Part shown: positions 56,422-64,000 of the stretch, one piece after another | Numbering within the stretch: position 1 is the first letter of the stretch | Layout of the letters: each line of letters begins with the position of its first letter | Assembly (NCBI GenBank): GCA_004764695.1 | Contig: SMSO01000035.1 | Location: 1,302,001 to 1,366,000, forward strand | Length of the DNA stretch: 64,000 nucleotides | Reading direction: 5' to 3' | Source: Schizochytrium sp. TIO01 | Taxonomy: Eukaryota; Protista; Bigyra: Labyrinthulomycetes | Made by a program: the position numbers and the translations under genes | Notes under the pieces: model-generated | Databases searched by the model: none | Seen by the model: only the letters and a program-made list of their open reading frames with translations | What the model was told of the DNA's origin: nothing

Positions 56422-58227
56422 CTAGGCAGCGATGAAGTCGTACTTGCCGAAGAGGTTGGAACCGGGCCAGTTCTGGCGAGTCGAAACAATCTCAGCCACA
56501 GGGCCAAGCACCCAGCTGGAAGCATTGTACATGTAGCCCGTGCCATTGTACATCGCAGTGAAGGGCCACGGGAAGACCGGGCGCGTCATGTCCGGAAGCG
56601 AAGTGCTCGACGACGACGACGAGGAAGAGGAGGAGGAGGATGAGGAGCTTCCACCACCCATTGTAGAGTTGCCAGCGCCAGAACCAGAAAAGTTTCCGCT
56701 GCCTCCAGGTCCGGAAGATCCAGAGGAGCCAGAGCTGGAGCCTGAGTTGTCACTGCTGTCTGTGGACACAGTTCCAAAAGACGATGAGCTGGAAGACGTA
56801 GAGGATGTCATGATGCCCACGGGAGCCTGGCCAACCTCAACCCAAGTCATGACTGCAGAGAGCAGGTCCATGTTGGAGGGTCCCACTCCACTGCCACAGT
56901 GACCGACACCAGGCAACAGGTACAAACGCTCAAAGTTCTCCACGCGGTCGCTGCCCATGATCTGGAGCATCTTCTTGTGGAACGCGACGGTGTTCGCAGG
57001 CGAAATCTCAGGGTCAGAGAGGCCGTGCCAGAGCAAGAGTTTGCCGCCCTTGCCTTCAAAGGCCGAAAGGTCTGCCATCGTAGCATCATAGAGGGGAGCA
57101 CGAGGCCTGAGCTGGTCCAAGGTTTCCTCGGTAAACTCGAGATCGTCCAGAGTCATATTCGGCCGCGGCGTAGTGAAAGCGAGGTACCTAAGCACAGGCA
57201 GAGCATGCTCAGTGGATGCCAGTGTAGAGTCGGCACTCGAGGCGACATAAACACCACTCCAGAGGCTTTCAGAGCCGTACTGTGGCTGGCCAGCGGTGAG
57301 GTAAGCCCCGGTGGTGTTGTCGGTGGGACCCTCGTAAAACTTGTTAACAACCTCGATCTCCTCTTCGGTAAGGCACGATGAATCCTCGGTGCCGTTTTCA
57401 CACTTAAGCACTGAAGGGTCAAACTCACAGAGTGCAGGCTGCGAAATGAGGCCGTCTACGAGACCATCGTCGCCGTCGCAGGCGTCCATCACCGCGTCGT
57501 AGATAGCCGAGAGCTTCTCCGTAAGGAGGATCACATTTCCGTCAGAATCAGTGTTGGAACGAGCCTGCCAGCCGTGATAGAGGGTGTTTTGCACCTGAAA
57601 GAGCATTGCAGGAGCTCCGGCAACGATGCCGTCAAAGTCCTCAGGGTAACGCTCAGCCTCCATGAGGGCTTCGCGACCACCATCGGAGCAGCCACTAAAG
57701 TAGCTGTAAGTCGGCTCCTGGCCGTAGAAGACCTTGATGAGCTTCTTTGAGGCACGTGCGGTGAGGTGGTGAGCAAGGTATGCAAAATCAGCACGCTGGT
57801 GGTCGTTTACGGCCCAAGAGCCATCGTCAGATGTGTGGCCCATGTTGGTTGTGGCCATGGCAAATCCACCGTTGTCTAAGATGGTGCAGCCGTCAGAGGC
57901 AGGAGAACTAAGGCTCAGCATACCGCACAATCCACCGCATCCAGTTTGGATGTAACGCTGCTCCCATGTTTCAGTGGGAAGCAAAAGCTCGAAGGTGTTG
58001 TTCGTCTGGAGAACACCTGAAACAACACATACTTCAACATCCGCGCTGGTGCCGATGTAGATGTCGGTAATGCTGCTGCCAAGGCCAGCCACGTCAGTGA
58101 GATCAATGTCGGCGAGCTCGGCACACTCGGAGACAGGGGAGATCACTGCGAGGCTCAGCGGGTCTTTCTCATCTCCGTAGAGAAGAGCAATCATTGCTGC
58201 CACCATGGTGCTAAGTTGGCGCATCAT
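56422..58227 (-). CDS. Secreted tannase/feruloyl esterase family hydrolase (paralogue 3, Ser/Gly-rich insert)
   Basis: GCSDGGRE, WHGLSDP, PGVGHCGSG; long S/G linker before the C-terminal PDMTRPVFPWP. Confidence 0.95.
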   Translation of the reverse strand: MMRQLSTMVAAMIALLYGDEKDPLSLAVISPVSECAELADIDLTDVAGLGSSITDIYIGTSADVEVCVVSGVLQTNNTFELLLPTETWEQRYIQTGCGGLCGMLSLSSPASDGCTILDNGGFAMATTNMGHTSDDGSWAVNDHQRADFAYLAHHLTARASKKLIKVFYGQEPTYSYFSGCSDGGREALMEAERYPEDFDGIVAGAPAMLFQVQNTLYHGWQARSNTDSDGNVILLTEKLSAIYDAVMDACDGDDGLVDGLISQPALCEFDPSVLKCENGTEDSSCLTEEEIEVVNKFYEGPTDNTTGAYLTAGQPQYGSESLWSGVYVASSADSTLASTEHALPVLRYLAFTTPRPNMTLDDLEFTEETLDQLRPRAPLYDATMADLSAFEGKGGKLLLWHGLSDPEISPANTVAFHKKMLQIMGSDRVENFERLYLLPGVGHCGSGVGPSNMDLLSAVMTWVEVGQAPVGIMTSSTSSSSSSFGTVSTDSSDNSGSSSGSSGSSGPGGSGNFSGSGAGNSTMGGGSSSSSSSSSSSSSSSTSLPDMTRPVFPWPFTAMYNGTGYMYNASSWVLGPVAEIVSTRQNWPGSNLFGKYDFIAA

Positions 58228-59342
58228 GGTGCCTTTTCCACAACTTAGTACTCACTCCAGTTGTATCCGACTAGAAGCCTTTTGGGTTTTGCTTGCAAGT
58301 TAGAGCGGGAGCTTGCGTGTTTTCCTGGTTAGGTACCAGCATCTCGGTGTCTTGCATTGCTTACACCCAATGCCATCGTCTCTCTATATCCATAGAAAGT
58401 ACCAAATAGGAACCACAATCCTGAGCTTGAGCAATGGCCTTCTCCTTCTCACCCACTCACCCTCTCCCTGCTCTCGACCCAACTTCAAAAGTTGACCGGT
58501 CGACGGAGCAGACATCCACCGTCACGATAGGTACCCCATCTACCGATGAGGTAAAGATAGCTAATAGCTACAGCAGGCCTCAGAAGAACTGCAACTTCCA
58601 CTCCCACTACCTACAACAACCAAATCCTCCTTCTCGGCATTCTTTCAAGTAGAGCCTTCGAGTTCATTGAACCCGGACGCTTCGATTCTCCGTAGTCTGG
58701 ACCACGCCGGTTACCGCGTTCAGCTCGCATACCTCCCTCACGCCGCCTCGAGCTCCAAGTGCCTTTCACGCCACCTGTGCCTACTTGAAGTTGATCTTGA
58801 ACTTAGACTTCGCTCGCGAGCCCACTCGACAGCTCTGCACTCCGCAATGCGGCCAAGCGAGAGAGCAATCAAAGTAAAGCCCGGTCTTCGCAAAGCCTGC
58901 AACGCAGAGCCTATCCAGCAGGTACCGAGGTCGGATGCGTATGTTCCAGGCGGCGCAAAGCGCCAGTCTGACTGACTGCTTGACACAACCGGTATCATGC
59001 ACGCATGACGCATACATGCAAGGTTTAAGGGCGGCTCGAAGACACAAAGTCTCGCCAGCCGAGTCGATTTCGCGAGCCAGGTCGTGACCTGGAGCAGCTC
59101 CAAGCTCAAGTTGAGCTTGAGGTTGGGCGCTGGAGTTGGCCTTCAAATCGTTTCGCTCCTCGAAGAGTGAGATCACGAAAGGTCACAACTTGAAGAGCCT
59201 CGCTCACTCGCAGTCACTTTGAACCTCCTTCACTCATGGCAGAGCAGTGCCCACACACCGTCCTCCCGCCCTCCCTTGTTCCGCCTCTCCATCCAGGTGC
59301 ACAACCCCAGAGTCGCGTCGTGCGGCGTTCTCTAAACCAAAG

Positions 59343-59711
59343 CGAAAGGTCGCCTTCGATCCATCGTCGAGTTCTTCTACGCTCACACCAGACGTACCTC
59401 GAAGTCGAGGTCTGACTGACCGAGTTCTTGTTTGGCTGGCTGGCCTTTAAGCAAAGCTCGCAGAATTGGTGGAGCTTCGTGCAACTTCGAGCTCGCAAAT
59501 GGCTGGGAGTTGGCACGAATTGGGCCAGAGGGAGTCAGTCCCTCCGTGTACCTAGGAGGTAGTATGGACGATCTTGTTCTTTTTGCTCCACGTGACAGAC
59601 TTCTTCGCTCAGCCAGCAGAAAACCTAAGCCGCTGCTGCTTGCGTGGGTGACCGACTGCCGTTTCAACGCCGTTCGCAGCGTGTTCCCCAGCGAAGTTTC
59701 ACTCTGGACAC
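59343..59711 (+). mobile_element. Decayed reverse-transcriptase fragment (LTR/Ty3-gypsy-like motif order)
   Basis: Ordered remnants RKVAF (59343), RVL-FGW (59421), VY[LGGS]MDDLVLFA (59546-59587), RFNAVRSVF and EVSL-GH; frameshifts required. Confidence 0.45.
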
Positions 59712-60135
59712 AGTCCTGCCCGTCGAACGTCTTCAGCTCGAGCTAGGTTCGTGAATCGATCATTCATTTGTCGTACACAGACAAGAACCAGATTCTTCCT
59801 TCGCAGTACACCTACAATTTCGAATGAGCAATTGAGCTCAGGTACCATTGGTCTTCAAATCCATCTCCTAACACCGAGCAACCCGAAGAAAACGCCTGCG
59901 TCGCCGCTGTTCTATGGGCGCGGCCCTTCATTCCCGTCTAGTTGACACAGAGCCATTCGTCCAAATTGCCTCGAAAGTTGCTGGTCTCCAGATCCTCGAA
60001 AAGAAATGGTCGTCCGTACAACCTCCTTCCGAACCGCTTTCTGTCAGTCGCCTAGGCCCTACTAGTACCATGCTTACCCAAAACTGGTCCCAGGTCGGAG
60101 CGGTGAGGGGACCAGCGCCTTCGGTCTCTCTTGTG

Positions 60136-60231
<96 letters not shown>
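60136..60231. repeat. (TTTC)n microsatellite
   Basis: Directly visible perfect tract. Confidence 0.95.
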
Positions 60232-60233
<2 letters not shown>

Positions 60234-61921
60234 CTACTGTGACCTTTTATTGATTAGAGGTCCCTTTATTTTCTTGTTGAGCTCCTGGATCTCATGCTTG
60301 CTGAGGCATGAATGTTTAAGTTGAGTTGTATCTTGCTTGTGGCGTGATCGAAAGGACTTCTATTTTGGTGTTTTGGAGAAGACAAGCGGTCAGGGGTGGC
60401 GAGAAATTTGCATGCGGCGGCAGAGACTAGTTGCGCGGCGCTGTTTACGCATGCTGTGAAAGCAGTGACTTGAAATGCCGGGGCTCTGCAGTTGTGCCGA
60501 AAACTCTGCTCGCTGATAATAATTGGAGCCTCATAATTTGTTGCACGTGCTGTTGTTGCCAATCTCCACAATACGAGTCAGCCCACACTGAACCCACTAC
60601 AATGGGATTTTCGATGACACCTATTTCATTACCATTGCAGGTGACTCACCCACGCCGACTGATTTTTACTTCAGTGGGGAAAGACACAAATGCTAGCTAG
60701 CTAGCTATGTCTAGCAGCTTGAATATAATGGGTTTCCAGCGCCGGAGCTTCATCACTTCATCACTTCATCAGTCAGTACTCACTCAGTTCAATTATAGCA
60801 GGCCGACTTCAAAGTACGCCTTCCTCGATCTCTGGCCGATCTATACTTTCTTGAAAGACATAGTCAGTTTGGTATCCAAACTCAGGGTTCCAATCTTGTT
60901 TGCGAAGGGCGGCAATCGCCATGCACGATCAGTGCTGCGGCGCTTCGTGGCGATAACTCGCCCGATGGAACTAGCCCCGCCACTTTCAACTGCCGGGTCT
61001 GCGAATGCGATCGAGTGCAAGCTGACGGGCTGAAGATGTCTAATAATCATGATACAGACTTAGGACCCGTATCATATCACGGCACGGAAAAGAACTCGCA
61101 TGTGCAGAAATTGAGAGTTCTTCGCACGATGCGCATGCAAGCACGTGAGGCGGTGTGGACCACATGATTTGGGGCAGAGCAGTGGCTAGTACCAGTTCAA
61201 GAAATCAAAGCAGCTGAAGGAAGCTAGCCTCGTGATATTAGCATACAGTGTGAACCTGCGAGACAATGACCAATAAAGGCCTGTTCGCAAATTCTACAGC
61301 ATTTGCAATAGCAACGGATCGTCAAGCCTTAAGTTCACCTGACTCCGCTGCCGTCTTAACAATTGAATACCATATGAAGCGTGCAGACTTGTGCTAGGCT
61401 AAGTCAATCATGGTAATTTCTGGTAGTAAGCTTGGATCTTTCAAAGAAGTAAAGAGCATCTCTCACACAAGTGTGGACCAAGTTGAGCAATGTTGCAGCA
61501 CCTAACTTGAAGGTTTATATACTTCGAGATTAAACAGCGAATGTTAGAGTCTACATGGAGTTGTACTTATGATACTTTGAATGGGCCTCCATACGCTTTT
61601 ATTTCAGCTTTAATACTTAGACTGTCCAAGATGCAAATCTTGCACTATTATTTTAGAGGACATTGTTGAAGATGGCCAGACAAAGAATACCCAAGAAGGT
61701 AAAGAAGAAGAAGAGTCTGCACAAATTTCATACACAGCTTATGCTGATGCATTTGCTGCACTCCCTAAATCAATTCGCGGCCCAGCGTGCCTCTCTGATA
61801 TACCTCAAAATAAAAAGAAAATACTTGCGGAAACTTGACTCACACCACGTCACTAGGCAGTATAGCTATTACTATTGTGCTATCTATTCAGTAGAACCTC
61901 TGGAACAAAACGATGGAGAAT

Positions 61922-61928
61922 AAAAAAA
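61922..61928 (-). terminator. RNA polymerase III oligo-T terminator downstream of tRNA-Tyr
   Basis: T7 run on the minus strand, 3 nt after the discriminator base. Confidence 0.65.
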
Positions 61929-61931
61929 CAA

Positions 61932-62018
61932 TCTCGCCGACAGGAATCGAACCAATGACCAATGGAAATTTGATTTAAACGCTACAATCCATCGCTCTAC
62001 CAACTGAGCTACAGCGAG
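61932..62018 (-). tRNA. trnY: tRNA-Tyr(GTA) with 14-nt intron (61968-61981); some non-canonical positions
   Basis: CTCGCTG/CGGCGAG acceptor stem (C1-G72, A73), TAGCTCAGTTGGTAGAGC D-arm, ATGGA/TCCAT anticodon stem with GTA, GGTTCGATTCC T-loop. Confidence 0.85.
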
Positions 62019-62541
62019 CTGTTGAGGTATATTGACTTAGAGTAGTATATATATTTTGGGACCATATGGTATCTACTGATACCAATATACTGGATTTAAA
62101 TAATGTAGGCACTTATGTCGAATGTAGCCTGGAGTTGCAATGGATTATGGATTGAAATTACAGATGGAGATTAAGATATGAGTTCATTCATTAGTTTGGA
62201 GAAATAATATAGTCTTATCCTTGTCGCGACCACAGATTCTATGATATCCGTAAATTTCTGAATATAAAAATCGGCAATGAACTTGATGATGTTGTAGACA
62301 GAAAGTTGAAAAATGATTCATTGATTCATACATGCGCAGACATGATGGATGGATGGGTGTGTTACGAGATAAGCCGCAAAATTAGGTTGCTCCCATACTT
62401 TTGGGGGGAGGCTTAAGCAAACGACATATTTTGAAGGTCGTGGTGCGGTAGAGTAGTAGTGTTTCGGATAAATCAGCTCCTTATTGCCAGAGGTTGACAG
62501 ACGAGCGAAAAAGCATTGTAAAGTGCAGAATGCAAGAAAAA

Positions 62542-64000
62542 TTAGTAATTTCTTGAACCAAGAGGAGGGCGTGCCCGAGGAGTTGATCCCATGCTCATAC
62601 TAGGAGTACCAGGAATTGGTTTCTTGGACGGGGTACGAGTAGGGATGCGAGCACTTCCGGGGAGCACATCTTCCTTACCCTCCTTGCTCTTGTTTTTCTT
62701 ACGAAGCTTGTTCTCTTCGAGCTGGCGGGCGTGGTCTTCTTCATTATCGTCCATGGTCTCAATAAACCGCCGACCATTAAGCACAAACGGGCCATGTTCT
62801 GCTTCGTACTCAGCGATGGTAATCTTGATTTTCTCTACAGTTCGGGGCAAACCTTGAGTTACGCGGCGGCGTTGTGCCTCTTCCTCGCGAAGAGCATTGC
62901 CGCCCTTGCGGCTCAGCAGGCGGCTACTGTCCTGAATGCGAGCTTCGTACTCATCACGCTCCTCGCAAAGCTGCTTGTAGCGCTCAACAGCCTTGAGGAT
63001 CGGGCGGTAAAGTTCAGCCTGCACGTTTAGAACAGCGATCTCCTCTTCATGAGCAATAAGTGTATCTTCGCAAATGGGCGCCATCATGTGTGAGTGGGTA
63101 AAAGCCTCACGTTGCTCGTCGTCGAACTGCATTTCATCCCAAAGCTCCTGAATCTTCATCTGCGCAGTCTGGATGAGCTCACCCATCTTCTCATGCTTAA
63201 GGTGAAGCAACCTCTCAAGCTCAAGTTCACACTGTCGGATGACACCAAGTCCTAGTCCACGGTTGTCCATGAAGAACTTCTGGCGAGTGTCGGTATCGAT
63301 CTCGAGACGTTCCCACAGAGGCTGGATCTGTGAACCAAGCTGCTTGAGGCGTTCTGTGCGAGAGATCTTTTCATCTGTGAGTTCCCGTGCACGCTGGCTG
63401 AGGATCGCGACTGCGTCCATGTCAATACCAAGGCCTTCGCCACCCTCCACGATGGCCTTGTCAATGTCGTCGTTGATGTCGTATTCGAGCTCCTCGAAGA
63501 GCGCGGTGATGTCGCGAATAGTTTCCTGAATAGCAGCGATGCGGCGGGTTTTCTGATGTGTTGCCTCGATGAGACTGGATTCGTACTCGTCCATACCATC
63601 CTGGGTCAGGTAAGCCTCAAGGTCATCCATTCGCTTATTTTCGTGCTCTCCCATCTGCAGACGAATCTCGTGAAGCTTCGTGTGCATCTCCTCAAGCTTT
63701 GCCATTCGCTCGTCACGGATGTTTTGAAAATGTGCGAGGTGACTGCGCAACCAAGTCAACTTGATCATAAGGTTACCCTTGTCCTCGTGCGGAAAGAACT
63801 GGCGCTCCATGCCGAGCACCTGGCTGAGAGCGTCGATCTCCTGCTCAAGAGATGCAGCAGCGCTAATGTACTCGTCACGAAGAAGGACTTCATCAGAGAC
63901 CTTTTGTGTGAACACAGTCTCAACAGCCTCGAGAAGAGAGTTCAATTGAAGGCTACGCTCTTCAGGAGAAAGACCCATTTCGTCCCAGACAGAGTGGAGC
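62542..64000 (-). CDS. PRC1: PRC1/MAP65/Ase1 microtubule-bundling protein (5' end outside window)
   Basis: LHSVWDEMG at the window edge, LWERLEI, IQELWDEM and the conserved DSSRLLSRKGGNALREEEAQRRRVTQGLP...YEAEHGPFVLNG motif; basic disordered tail. Confidence 0.9.
   Translation of the reverse strand, partial: LHSVWDEMGLSPEERSLQLNSLLEAVETVFTQKVSDEVLLRDEYISAAASLEQEIDALSQVLGMERQFFPHEDKGNLMIKLTWLRSHLAHFQNIRDERMAKLEEMHTKLHEIRLQMGEHENKRMDDLEAYLTQDGMDEYESSLIEATHQKTRRIAAIQETIRDITALFEELEYDINDDIDKAIVEGGEGLGIDMDAVAILSQRARELTDEKISRTERLKQLGSQIQPLWERLEIDTDTRQKFFMDNRGLGLGVIRQCELELERLLHLKHEKMGELIQTAQMKIQELWDEMQFDDEQREAFTHSHMMAPICEDTLIAHEEEIAVLNVQAELYRPILKAVERYKQLCEERDEYEARIQDSSRLLSRKGGNALREEEAQRRRVTQGLPRTVEKIKITIAEYEAEHGPFVLNGRRFIETMDDNEEDHARQLEENKLRKKNKSKEGKEDVLPGSARIPTRTPSKKPIPGTPSMSMGSTPRARPPLGSRNY

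Noticed and set aside
49848-58227. Bacterial contamination as explanation for the esterase genes
   Set aside because: They are embedded among eukaryotic genes (MTR4, PRC1, intron-containing tRNA) with long eukaryote-like spacers and no operon structure
60841-61050. LIVHGDC-like word on the minus strand suggesting a hydrolase/kinase remnant
   Set aside because: A single short motif without supporting context

Overview
Eukaryotic, intron-poor protist DNA. The microsatellite-rich spacers and gene content suggest a stramenopile, possibly a thraustochytrid/labyrinthulomycete; this is inference, not verified. Intact genes: a tail-less class-I-type myosin ending in a CaaX box (3.9-6.1 kb), then a ~16 kb gene-poor tract of microsatellites and decayed elements that includes a probable YqaJ-exonuclease/piggyBac-like transposase relic. 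A housekeeping block follows: two coiled-coil proteins, RrmJ/MRM2 rRNA methyltransferase, a myristoylated TLDc protein, an RI-like LRR protein and a CFAP57-like coiled coil. Next come a histone H3 N-tail pseudogene and a 2200-aa protein of 47 strictly 45-aa armadillo-type repeats, with half-repeat shuffling and a 1.2-kb internal duplication. The right half holds an Rsa3-like protein, MTR4 helicase, a 7TM/GPCR-like gene tail-to-tail with three tandem secreted bacterial-like tannase/feruloyl-esterase genes, a decayed reverse-transcriptase fragment, an intron-containing tRNA-Tyr and the 3' part of a PRC1/MAP65/Ase1 gene. The best novelty candidates are the shuffling ARM-repeat array, the tannase triplet with its 7TM neighbour, and the prenylated tail-less myosin.
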